A DNA stretch of 64,000 nucleotides from Tubulanus polymorphus (taxonomy: Eukaryota > Animalia > Nemertea): the NCBI RefSeq assembly GCF_964204645.1, contig NC_134028.1, forward strand, positions 5,332,001 to 5,396,000. Direction: 5' to 3'. The notes under the pieces are model-generated. The model saw only the letters and a program-made list of their open reading frames with translations. It did not search any database and had not been told where the DNA came from. Positions 24,597 through 37,348 of this stretch are shown here, one piece after another. The translations under genes and the position numbers were made by a program. Every line of letters starts with the position of its first letter. The stretch's first letter is position 1.

Positions 24597-27500
24597 CAGA
24601 TTTAGACCTTTTCGTGCATCTCTATCCTTATGTGTGTAAGGGTGTGAGGTCACGTTCCTGAATATTCATCAACGATAAGTTGATAGTTGAAAAAAATCGG
24701 ACAAATTGAAAATTAATCAAACTCTAACTCTAAAGAGTCAACTGTTGAAAGTTCAGGTCAGGTCAAGAATTCTTGTATATACAGTTTCATTTTAATTGAC
24801 CGAACAATGATCAATTGATAAGAAAAGAAACACAATACATTACAGTTCTAAGGATCCAATTAATTATTTGTGACCGTTGTATCGAGCACCGCGTTGAACT
24901 TTGACAATCAGTTCAGTAACGGGGTAACTCGACAGCGACTAACAGTGCGTCGAATTTCATTCGTTTCACCGATGACTTTATCCCCGTTAAGCTCGCGACG
25001 TAGATTTTTCAGCGCGAACCAATAATGTCCACGGATTAACTTTCTCGGGACGGACGCCGTAGCGATCGCTGACCTACGACCTCGATCCAACAGTTTTATC
25101 GACACCTCTTAAGACGAGCGTCGCGCGTTAGTCTGAGTCAGTTCGACGACCGATGACGATAGTCTATTATTTTCGAAGAAATTCCGTGAAAACTTTTCGA
25201 CGCCCGATAAATATTCAGTTATTCTGCGTGACCGAGTGTCGTTAATCACAGATGACCCGTCAACGCTTTGAAATACGCTGCATTTCTTAATCTTTTCGGA
25301 TGTTCGTGAATAAATTTCAGATTATTTTTTTCCGTGGCATCCGGCGCATACTGACCATTCGGCATGGACCGGCCATCAGCGACCCTCGTAAACTATCTTC
25401 ATGGATCAGACCCTGACTTTCTTTTCTTTCCAGTTCATCAAGTTCTTTTTATACTGACCACTCACTAGTTGTTGCATCTTACAACAGGAAAAGTGGCTTT
25501 GAATATGATGCGCAGTTTGTTCATTTCTAATTCTTTAGTCCTTCATGCATGCTTCACGAAACCTTTCAAGACAAAACTTACACCCTTGAGTAACTGTTGG
25601 TAATTCATCCCCATAGTTAAGTTAATACTAGGAGTCTTTTATCTCAATCACTGTAAAATAATATATAGATGTATACTTTAAAAAATCATATGAAAAACCA
25701 AATTAAATCATATTCCCAGCAGTCAATAGATATGTGTTGTTTGTTTAGACGGGGCAGTGTCGTGCGGCAATTCTTTACCAATTCTTGTCGATAGTACTTG
25801 AGCCAATGTTCAGATATGTTCTATTAGTCACTTCACTGTCTGATTTTATATCTCCCGAAATTGCTCATTTTATGCTCATTTCATCAATACACACAATGCT
25901 ACACGAGTAAGTGTCCAATATTGTATCATATCTAGCTAATAAAGATTGCCCGCGCTTTAGTGCGAAATTAAGGCAAATTTAGTGCAAATTGTATTCTTCC
26001 AACTAGTTGATACTAAAGCTTGTTGCTTACTTCCCGGCCTTTTCATGGCTGGCCCGGTCAAAAAACCAGGTAATGCGTGCTAAAATGCAGGGGCAGATAC
26101 AGGGTTAACTGTAGAGGGTAGCGCGCACAGGTGTGGTGGGCTTGTAAGGCACACAAAATCGAAACAAATCAATCAAATAAATGAGCCGGACAATTCCCCA
26201 TTTAAAGATTTCAAAAAAGTGTGTCAGACTTAAAACAGTACGTAAGAGTAACATGGATCTGTTGACCACAGTAAACGCTAATCACGCGTACTTAACACGG
26301 CATTGTTTTTATAGGCTATCGATAATTGCCATCTGATCATTCGTTGTTTAGATTATTTAACAGCGAAGATTATCCAACGCTCATCCAGTAATAATGAACG
26401 TTTAGCTCATGAAGTCGTGCGCCGCGGCATTCAACTCATCTCCGTTTCTGTTTACTCGAATAACAAACCCTGCTCCGATTCGTCCGATTCATCCGATTCA
26501 TCCGAGAGAGAGTCATCCGCTTTATGTTTGTCTAAATAATTATCATTGTCATCGACGTAAATGTCAGGTTTTTTTCCCGACGTTTCGACAATGTTGTGAC
26601 CGCTCTGTCAGGTTCCAGCCATCTGTGGAGGCATATTTTGATTTCTTTTTGTATCGCGACCTCGTCTATTGGCGTGAATTTTTATTCGGGACCAAAAATA
26701 GTTTGTTTGAATTAGAAATTTTTCTAGTTCAGGATGCAGTGTTAACATAGGAAATGTTGAAGAGTGTATTCTTATGATCTGAGTTGAATGGTTCTGGGTT
26801 TGCCATCTACCCCGCAAATTTAAGCCATTTTTCGTCATATCGATAATGAATGGACCTATGTTTCATGTCCCTGAATGGTTTATTTCTTCTCATTTGCTAA
26901 TCATGTCCTTGAAAATTGGCCATCATTCTGAATTGTCTTGATCAGTCATTGCTCTGTTACTACTAATGATTAGACTACTGACTACTATTACTATTTGATA
27001 GTGTTCTTTTAAGATCTCAACTATTCCCAAAGTACTCTAAAAATCAGAATAGCTTCCTAATATCAAAATCCAAATTGTAGCATGTGTGAATTGCAACTGG
27101 TTCTGGAAGTGACTCACTTCGCTTTGTTTAAGCATTGTTTAGTATCGAGTGAGTGGTTTACGAGTGCATGTGCTCCGGGCCAGTTTGGCCTGGGAAAAGT
27201 TTTATCCATGTATGCTACAGCAAACAGCCCCCATAGGACATGTTTCGAGTTGGACAGAAACTGGCTTCATTGTCGCGATATAATGAGATGAGTTAATACT
27301 AAATCAGGTCGTTTATTTGTCAACGAATACCATGATTTCATCGGCAATAAGCTACAGAGCTGTCACCATACCAACACAACGCGACTGATTGTTTCTACTG
27401 ATAAAACTGACTCGGACAAATTGTAACTGTATCTTCTTCACTTCATTAGTCCGGAAAGGATGGTGTAATTTGTGGACTGATCGCGGCCGGAGATAAACCG

Positions 27501-28360
27501 AGAATCCTAGCAATCAACTCTCTCCGGTTTGTGATTCAGCTTTTCGATCTGTTGAAAACTGCACCGTTCATCCAGCTCTCCGTCTCTCCCTCCCTCGCTC
27601 GCTGCTGCTGCTGCTGCTGATTCAACACTTGTTGTTTCTGAGGATCGTGAGTCGTTAATTTGCATTTAACGACTCATTCACCCCTGCGCGCGCGATACGA
27701 CGTGCTGCTACCCGTATTCGAATTAGTCGGTTATAAACCCTCGATTCACAATCCGCGTCAAAGTCAAACAGATTAAACTCGACAATCGAAATCGCGATCG
27801 AATCCCGAATCCCGAATAGTTGATTTTGATTTTCAGTTTTTAATTAAGTTCAATACGATTCGGAAATCCGCGAAATGACTAATAGAATAGACGACCTTAA
27901 ACTGAATCAATCATTCTAAACAGTTTCAATGATAAACTCAGATTACGTATGAATTCCGCAAATCGTCCTCGTCGTTTGGGAAGATTTTCAGACGGAAATC
28001 TTTTAAAATTCAGATCTTTCAGTTTTGAAATGTTTCAATTTCAACGGATTAAAAGACAACTCATCGTTTTGCTCGGTTCGAATGAATTACTCCGAAACGG
28101 GGTTAAGTCGTAAGTGGGGTTATTTTAGATGAGCATTAAGTGGGTGGTAAGGGCATGCAGCACCAACTTAACCTAGGCTATGGACTATCAGTTATAATGA
28201 ACAAATTATCTGGTCCCATGAAGTTCACTGTAACCAGGTTCCACTATATATATATATATATATTATGTTAAGTGCAGGTGACTGTATGGTTGCCATATTG
28301 GTTTTTTGTCATTCAGCATGTAGATTTAACAAAATGTTTTTCTTTCTCCATTTCGGTCAA

Positions 28361-28361
<1 letters not shown>

Positions 28362-28424
<63 letters not shown>
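28362..28424. repeat. (TA)n microsatellite
   Basis: About 30 TA units; a shorter (TA)n lies at about 28245-28263. Confidence 0.97.
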
Positions 28425-28430
<6 letters not shown>

Positions 28431-28520
28431 GTTATATACAGATGACTGTATGGTTGCCATCTTGATTTTTTGGTAATTTTTTTGTACATTTCATAAGTTG
28501 CCTGTATTTCTCCATTTCAG

Positions 28521-28655
28521 TTTTCGCCGCTCATTCAAGATACGGTTCTACGAGGCACATTCAACGCTACGTTGAATAACCCGATCGTTCCCGTCATGGA
28601 TACCGTTCGGTCGGCTCCGTCGACGAGCAAACAACAATTCTTACTCGGAGTTTAA
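28521..28655 (+). CDS. STPG2: STPG2-like terminal coding exon with stop codon
   Basis: Acceptor ttctccatttcag|. Translates FSPLIQDTVLRGTFNATLNNPIVPVMDTVRSAPSTSKQQFLLGV*, resembling the recalled STPG2 C-terminal SP...L(K/R)xT(F/Y)NxTL motif. Phase 0 matches the previous exon; TAA at 28653-28655. Confidence 0.85.
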   Translation, partial: FSPLIQDTVLRGTFNATLNNPIVPVMDTVRSAPSTSKQQFLLGV

Positions 28656-29329
28656 TCCCGCCGTCGAATCGACGCGCGCGCGCGCGTTTTTATCAAAATT
28701 TTATTTTATATTTTTTGTTACTCATAAAACAACTGCAAAACTCTGTGATAATCATGTGATACTTTTGTTTTCAAAATCATTCGAAGAAAAAAACCAGTTG
28801 TCTACAAATCAATTATGTCATATTTATGGAAAATATAAATGATAGTTGTATGGTTGCCATATTGGTTTTTTGTAGTCGCGTATATTTTACTTACAGATTT
28901 TGTTTCACTTTTTTGCTCTGAAAAAAAAAACCATGAATGGTTATACTATTGACATCGAGAGTATTATTTATATGGATGATACTTCGAATGAGAGCCTCAA
29001 CCATTTCGGGCTGAAACGGTGAATATCGGTAGCGCTGTATTTTCTCAACGACCATTGTTATGTCATTTCGAGTGGGCAGTTTTACTATTCCCTACTCATC
29101 AAACGCTACTCAACGACTCAAATACGAATTGTTCGTAAAAAAAGCAATTGATTTTACAATGTTAAATGTACTGAATAATACATAGTAACGTAATGTAGAA
29201 CCATCATGGCGTCTGTGAAGTAGAGTTTATCATTTTCCATCTATTCTTGATTATGCTTTTGCCTATTTCTGTTTTGCTACTATGTATTACTGATTCTCGA
29301 TATAAGTTGATAGTTATTTTATGATACTT

Positions 29330-29760
29330 TCGTGCAGTAATTTAAACTCCATTCAATTCATATATGGGTTTATGAAACTGATTATAACGACAAGAATCAC
29401 TTTCAGCTTGTAAAACTGGGCTCAATTAAACCAACTAAGAATTGGTTCTTTCACACGTAGCTTACAGTGATTTGAACTCCAATCCTTACATGAATCTATG
29501 AAACTGGTTATAACAACAAGAATCACTTTCAGCTTGTAAAACTGGGCTCAATTAAACCAACTAAGAATTGGTTCTTTCACACGTAGCTTACAGTGATTTG
29601 AACTCCAATCCTTACATGAATCTATGAAACTGGTTATAACAACAAGAATCACTTTGAGCTTTTAAAACTGGGCTTAATCTCAAATTAAAACAACTAACTA
29701 TTGATTCTGTCAAACTTAGCTTATGGTGATTCAAACTTCATTCAAGAAACTGGTTATCGC
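29330..29760. repeat. Tandem repeat, 126-bp unit, about 3.3 copies
   Basis: caagaatcacttt at 29391, 29517 and 29643. Confidence 0.93.
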
Positions 29761-31565
29761 AACTTATGAAATTGTAAACTGGGGCTAACTCGTAAATTGA
29801 AACAGTCCTTCTTAAGTTTGAGTAATCTAATTATACTAAAAGCTAGGAATAACTCTGTGAAACTGGTTACTAAGCCTATCTGACTTGTTGCATGTGACCC
29901 TACTGAACGACCTTCACCTTCGCTTGTCCGAATCATAAGAAACTAAGGCTATAATTCTTTTTATTTCGCTCGAATCCCCGAGTGTCGTCTTCTGTCAGAC
30001 GGGACCCAAACTCTGTCAGTCGGGGCTTGTGTAGTTTCCGTACTCTCTATCGGCAGTTCGTTCTCTTGCGGATTAGTGATGGCAGATTATTTGTCTTTGC
30101 TGTCTATATCAGCGATCTCACTTGTCAATCAGTTATTTCCGTACTGAAGTTTGTTTGATTAGTAAGATGCGAACGGTTGTCATTCTGAATTCATTGGAAA
30201 ATTTCTAGCTTGATATCTGACGAGAAACGAGTGAATCATTTTTGTACCGGGTTTTAGGAAATGGAAATGTAGATCGATATTCGGGTATCATTTACCTGGA
30301 ACGTTTATCAAGTGCCCCTGGATAAAATCTAGTAGTAACATAGTTTTCAGTGAATACTATCGAAACCAACCGTGGTCGGGGATTGAAGCGAAGAGGTCAC
30401 CACGCGGAAACAAGTATAGAGATAATTAACAATTATCCGAGCGATTCCTCTGCTGTAAATCTTCACATTTATCTAAATTAGAAAATATTAACTCCTCCCG
30501 AATGAGCGCATGATAACTTGTTGCTTCTGCGCGTTGAAATCCTCGGGGAGCGTCTTAAAAATGCCGTTCTCGGTCGCGATGCGTCGAATCTTTTCTGATC
30601 TAATCGAGGTCGTGTTTGCGCGTGGCACTTGTTGATCGGTTGGATGGTAGCCGAGGGAGTTGTCCATCCGTCGCTAGTCGCTCGGTACGTTGATCTATGT
30701 CGGTTAGAAAACGCGCGTGGAAATTTGCTACGATATCGGGCGCGGTATTAGTCATCAATCGTCGGTCCCTCGACGGAATAAATGGCAGAAATTCAGTCTT
30801 GTTCATGTTCGTGCAATATTAATCACCGGTCGTCGGTCACAACAACATTCCGTCTTTTTACTGAAACACACGATGAAAACTTTCCACAGAAATACTACTT
30901 CTGTGACTATTACTTGAACATGTTGGACTGGCGTATTCACAGGGTTCTGGTGTCGAACAAACGTCCGCCCTGATGTTTGCCTAAAGAAAATTTGAGCATT
31001 GATTTAAGATTCAAAAAAATTCTTTTAATGGCCCTTTTTTCGAGTTCAAAATACCTTTCAAACTTACCTAATTTTACGAGGCAAAATTGCAGGAAAACGA
31101 AGCAAAACTTGCTTCACCCCAATATGCCAAAGGCTGTAAAATTGCTCCTTTCTGTGTCGAATTTTTCCAAAAGAAATTTGGAAGGAGGGGACTAAACTCT
31201 GACTAAAACTATATGCACCTTTGGTGAGTGTACCTTACAAAGGTCCACTTTCGTGAAAATTGCTCCCTGTGTCGAACGGCTTCCGACAAGCTCACAACAC
31301 TTACTGCTAGTTAGATTATTTCATTGATTCATTTTCATATCGTCGCCATTGTCATTATATATACGTAGTTATACATTTCATTATGGATTATGTGATTCTA
31401 ACGAGTGTTTGGGAATGAAACCATGATGATAACGTTGTTAATGAGAATGTTTGATTTGTAAATATCTTAGTATTTAGAAACCAACGTGTTATAATGTTGA
31501 AATATACTCTAGGGGGAATTGGTCTTTCCTTCCAGGTTGTCAACTCACCGATGACCACTCTACTG

Positions 31566-31714
31566 GGGCTAGTTGCTCAAAAGTTGGTTAAAGTTAACCG
31601 GCGGATAAATGAATTTTAATTGTCGCTATGTCAACTATCCACTGGTTAGCTCTGACCAAGGAAGTGTCTCATTACACTTCCCTGCTCTGACCAACTTATG
31701 AGCAACTGTAGCCC
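31566..31714. mobile_element. PIF/Harbinger-type MITE (CTG duplication) with a small internal insertion
   Basis: GGGCTAGTTGCTCAAAAGTTGGT ... ACCAACTTATGAGCAACTGTAGCCC, flanked by CTG/CTG. Confidence 0.8.
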
Positions 31715-33699
31715 CTGGATTTTATATCAACTGCTGATTGCATGTTAATGACAGTAATGACATGTTTTAAAGAAATAGTAGTAATTTTTTCATGAAATTT
31801 AGTCATCGAAATAGAATACTGCTGAGAACTGTGTTATACACTAGAATAGTCGTGATATACTAACTAGGTATTTCACTTAAAAAACTGTTCCGTCCACGGA
31901 ATCGCTTAGTATTTTCGAAATAAACATGCGTGATCGAAAATCCATAAAAGAGATAACAAACTAAACCTCATTTTCTAAACAAGGTGTCACGAATCACGAT
32001 TTATTCATTTGATTCACTTGTATATATTTTTCGATCTGACGAATGGATATGATCCCGAAAACGTTCGTGTCGATAAACTGTTTTTACTCATTTGAAAATC
32101 ACGTTTATTTTGTTATCGCTTTTATGGATTTTCAGTTTCCCGAACTCTCTATCTAAGATAAACGTGTAATGCTATAGAATCAAATCGTCTGTGATTTATT
32201 TTGCAAACATTACGTTATGTTTGTTGATATATATATATATGTGTATATTTTAACAGAAATATATGTTGTGTTCAGTGAAAACGTTTGTGTTCTGTCTCTA
32301 TTTAGCTGCGACCTGGCTATCATCATCATAATCCCTATTGAATATGAATATAATGATCTTTATGAAACTATTACACTCTTTTCTGGGATTGTTAACAATG
32401 GCCCGCATTGTTTCCGCCGATCGGCTCTCCAGCTGTAACCAGCTGAATCTGAATTTGACTATAGAATCGGTTGTCATTCCGATATCATGGGCACGCGAAA
32501 GGAGGGTGGAAGACTGGAGAACCTGGTCGTGTGGCAATGATTAGCCGATAACTCCGATGCGAGCTATTGTAATTAACGGTGTTGTGTGAAGTTTGGTATA
32601 ATTATGTTGTGTGCGTCAGGTTGACCAGACAGCTTCTTGCAAAACCGTATCAAAAGTTTTGTGTTGGTCGAACTGTCGTGGGTGGCAACTGAGCATTTCA
32701 TCCTTCATTCTCGTAGCGAAGTGAGTTAGGGCGAGAAGTTGTCGAAATTTGGTCCGGGCTTTTCTTATTTTCTCATAAGGTAAGAAAACTTTCACTAAAC
32801 TTTTGGATATATATGTTGATTTTCGACGAATCAGTAAAAAGTTTTTTGAATAGTTGCCTAGGCTCGAGGATGTATCGATTTAAAAAAGAGCCTTACGTTT
32901 ACAGATAGCTTGGCATTTAATCGGGTTTTGATGGGATTTATTTATTTGGTTGCGCAACTTTTCCCAGCCGTCGGTAAATACACATATACACGAAGTCTCG
33001 ATGTGGGATACTGCTTCGCTCAAATATTTTTGTTACACCCTTGTTGCGCACTTAGATCATTTGCTAAAATAACAGTTTATACTATGCGGGGAAAACGTTT
33101 AAAAACACGCCTTTTGAGTGGAAGCCATCAGACGCATCGTTTAAAAAATCTTCAATTGCTCAGGCTATGACGAATCTTCGCCGAGCCTGTTCCGTGGACC
33201 TGTCATTCCGAGGTCCCGGTCTATAGCTAGGTTATGTTAGGGTTTCATCGCTTGTAGAACTGCTTGGTATTGATTTTTTTAATGTTTTAAAACGCAGGCT
33301 CCGTTGGAAAAAGAAAAGAAAACAAACCTACTGAGCTCGAGTCGAGGTTAAACAAATTGTTTACCAGTTTAAACCCATTCAGTGTGAGAAGATTGTCTGT
33401 TTTATTTGCGTAACTGTTTACAACCCTCAGTTACAGTAATAGAATGAGAATACTGCGAGAGTAGTATATCAACATGTTCTTTTACGAAACGATACCACCC
33501 AGTCTGCGTCTTTTTTTTTATTGTACTCGGGATTCGAACCCATTAAGTAGAAAACCGTTGGGTTCGAATCCAGCCCCGTCCTGGACCACGTCGGTAGATA
33601 TAAACTGGTTAAGCTAAGACTCGACTCCATTTCATAGCAATTCCTCAGCTTTGCGACTGAGGGCGCTTTTCTAATTATTTCTTGTATAAGTTCTTGTTT

Positions 33700-33847
33700 T
33701 TTGTTTATGCTACTATGTATTATGTATTCTCTATTTAATGTCATTCTTTAATGTTTTGTCCTGTAAATTTATTGCATGTCTTATCCTATGTATAAATGTT
33801 ATATACGGCGCAATAAATATAAGTTCAAGTTCAAGTTCAAGTTCAAG
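33700..33847 (+). mobile_element. Non-LTR retroelement 3' tail remnant
   Basis: T-rich tract, AATAAA at 33812, then (AAGTTC)4. A similar layout occurs at about 37614-37645. Confidence 0.5.
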
Positions 33848-36800
33848 GTAGATATATAGACTGGTTGCCGGTCTCACATTGCGAATCACCCTCGCCTGCC
33901 ATGGGTCTGGTGTCGCTTCCCGTACTCGCGGAACGCTCAGAATGCACCTAAGCATCCAATTCTTCGAAATTTCTGGGCGCCCATACCCTAGCTTTTTGTG
34001 TTGCGGGCTACAAACGCATGTAGTGACTCAATATTTCATACCATATTAGAATATTGGGTCACCAAGCGCGTTCGTGGTTCCACCTTTTCCTAAAGGCTAT
34101 AGATCCGCCCCTGGGTTGTCTATATATTGAATACCTTGTTTCCTGATGTTCTTTCTATTATGTATATTTCTAGGTTACGAATAACAGACCGGTAATATCA
34201 CACAGAATTCGAAGGTACGTATGAATGAATGGAAAAGGGTATTGCGCAATGACACGTGCGCGTGTGAAAGAATATTGATGTGTCGAATGTGCGTAAAGCG
34301 GGGAATGGAAGATGTCATAAATAGAAGTGAAATAACCTCATAAAACACGGAAGATGTCGATTTTCAATGGTTGATATCTCAGGTTGACTTCGCGCTGGTT
34401 CTTTAATGCGTTTTGTCATCGACGGACGTCGTTCCAGCACGGCGTGTGCCACTATTCCCGGCGTCATCGATTCCCGCCAACGGCTCACTATACGTCATCT
34501 TTTGTTCTTTTTTGAAGTCTTGTCGAGGTTTGTCCAGTGGATTTTATGACAAGACGCACGATATGTATGGCGTTTTCTAAATAATAGCATTATCGGATTT
34601 CCCAGCGAGTCGAAACGCTTTCATCTTCTCTGAACCACCACGAGGAAAGGTCTTTCTTGCTGCTCCAACTGGAATTATAAAATAGCGGGCTCCATTTGAC
34701 GCAGCGGAATTAAAGGATTCTGGCTGCATTAACCGTTGAATTGGTCGATTTTACGACGACAGCTGAGGTAGAACCCGTCGTATTCATTATAGCCTGGTTC
34801 AGCTTTCGACGGTCTTTGATACCGTGAGATTTGGTGCCCGAAATGACAGGTGACAGGGCAGCCGGTCGCGCATTGATCTGTACTGTTTAGTCACCACGCT
34901 AGAAGACATACCCCCTGAGAGCCGCCACTAATGGCGTACCCGACCTGGTCCACACTAGAGTCACTTTTAGTAAATATTTGGCCGTGTTTATCTTCGACGC
35001 ATTTCCCAGCTGAAAATTGAAAGGAACTGCGTAAATCTACGCTCACTTCGGAGCGACGAACAAAGGGAGGACTTCGAACGAGCGCTTCCAGGACTTATCG
35101 AGGCTCGGGACGGAGGCTGAGATTCTGGAAGAATCGGTCGCGCGACTTGGACTCATTAGTTATCGAACTGTGGCTGATCGATGTAACGGTTTGAGCATGC
35201 AACAGTTACTCACACGACAGTAGAGCTGTGTGGTGTGTGTGATGTGTGCGCGGGGAGGATTTTCTCTGTCTAGAAATCATCACACTGCGTGTCTCCACGA
35301 GTCGTCTGTCTATACTCACTCGCATCTCACGACGACAATAGTCAAGAGTGCTTGACAGGATTTCTACAACTTCTCGACATTTCCGGATTCTATTTTGTTT
35401 GTTTGCGCGTATCAGGTAACATTCTTTCATTCATATCGCCTATCAATTTTATACCTTGATTTTGCATTGCACGACCTTGCGCAAGTAGCTTTTCTATTTT
35501 AATTTCTCGAAAGTTATCACGTTTAATTTCTCATAACTGAGTCAGATGTCTTATAACTGATGTGTTCGCTTAAACTTTGTGCTAAGGCGCAAAAGACATC
35601 TTGCAATTTGAAAATCGTGGCTGGCATCATCGCGGTGTTTGTCCCAGGTGCGCACCGATAACTACTTTCACTGTTCGCGACGCTGTCGTCGAGTCCCCGA
35701 CGGCAAAATAAACAATCTAATGAAATTACGGTAAAATGAACACTGGATTAATCATAATAGATGCGTTAACTGCAGGTCGCTTACGGGTATAGTATGCGCT
35801 TTGTTATACCTGCTAGAAAGGGCACGACCTTCCCTTCAAACATGCACCGATGTTATCATAAGTAAAACTGATATCCGAGATATTGTTATTTTTTTCCGAT
35901 ATTATTAGCAAGTGGTGATATATGCAGAGCTTTGCAAATTTTATACAGTTTTTTTGACGCCGTAAAAAACCGTTACAATAATATTTATATACAATGATAG
36001 CCAGTATGCGTCATTTGAGGGGTTCTGCGGGAGTCGATGTGTACTACGTCATCAATAGGGTTTCGAAATATCAATTACGATTATGAATTTTGAGGTTTAT
36101 TGTAATTAAGTATATTCCGTTACTCTTATTTTATGTTTGATAAATTTTGATAATCATTTTTGAGAGGATGTGCACCATCTCATCAATATATCTTAATTGA
36201 CTGGTTGCCGGTCAATTATATTATCGATATATTCTCATCCAAAATAACTTAATTGATACATAAAACTATATGATTTATATCATATCATTAATTCTCGACG
36301 AGATTAAGCAATGTACGTATGTGCTATTTTTAAAGGTGTCGATAAACTTTCAAGTAGGTTTTCTTGTTGAAATTTGGCTATCGACGAAACTAATGTCGAA
36401 GTTTTTGTCTCGGTGTCCGAAACGAAGGAACTCCTCACATCTGCGGCAGTTGGTCGCGAGCTCGATAGCGTGTCGTGGAACCTATAATTTAGCTTTAAAT
36501 AGCCGCAGATATCTTTGGGAAAAATCAAATAATTGACCACCGCTTCAAATTACATCATTGTTTCCACCGATTCGACTTGCGTCGAATGCCGAAGATAGTA
36601 ATTATAAGTAATTTTAGAACGCATCGAATGTCAGTCGGGTTTCCTCTCGTGCTAAAACTAACTTTTGATTACCGTTGCGACAGTTATTGAAATCTGCGGG
36701 ATAATTACGCTATTGTATTAATAGTAACGCTAACATCATTGTCCGGTTATAACATGATGATAATTTGGATTGTTGTGATTTCTAGAATGACCTCAGCGCG

Positions 36801-37298
36801 TGTTCTGTGGTGCATTATAACACCGTCCGATGCGAAAATCATTGTCCGTAGAATCGATGTCTGTCTTTATTGTTTCCTTTCTGAAATAGAGAAGTTTCTC
36901 TCTTTCTCTCTCTTTCTCTCGCTCTTGTTTAGCGGCGTACTCGACGAGTAGAGAAGCTTATTACCTCAGTGGGGTCGCTCGCGTGAACCGGAGAGGTATC
37001 GTCCGCTGTCCCTCAAATCCGCACTCAAACGGCACACGTCTATTCTGCCGCTTCAATCTACTGAATCCGTATCCATATAATTATCAATAACTGGTAAATA
37101 TGGTTCACCCCTTGTCGACTACGCCCCCTGGTGTTCGGCATGTAGATGGAAACAGTCACGACTCGATGCATTGCTGGTTAAGATACATAGTTTAAGGATC
37201 CACACCGTCGGCCACGCGTTCTCTTATTCGTGTAAACTGTCCATATTTGAAAACCATTCATTTCTTGCGCAATTATATATTTACACGAAACACACAAT

Positions 37299-37348
37299 AG
37301 ACACACCTGACGACGGTGTCTGTAAAGAGATTCCGAAACTTCGTGTCT
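37299..37348 (+). ncRNA. Minimal type I hammerhead ribozyme-like motif, second family
   Basis: AGACACAC-CTGACGA-CGGTGTCTGTAAAGAGATTCC-GAAA-CT-TC-GTGTCT. Core boxes are intact, helix I pairs, helix II is imperfect; AATAAA at 37369. Confidence 0.6.

Noticed and set aside
26573-26616. Minus-strand CTGACAGA...GAAACGTC hammerhead candidate
   Set aside because: Extra base in the core, weak helix II, and no helix I pairing.
28265-28465. ORF with (IY)n run
   Set aside because: Translation of the (TA)n microsatellite.
28983-29024. SECIS- or hammerhead-like stem (ATGA...GAAA) in the STPG2 3' region
   Set aside because: The stem is too short for a SECIS, no in-frame TGA is seen in the exons, and there is no CTGA box.
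32030-32075. CTGACGA...GAAA hammerhead candidate
   Set aside because: No correctly placed NUH triplet and poor helix register.
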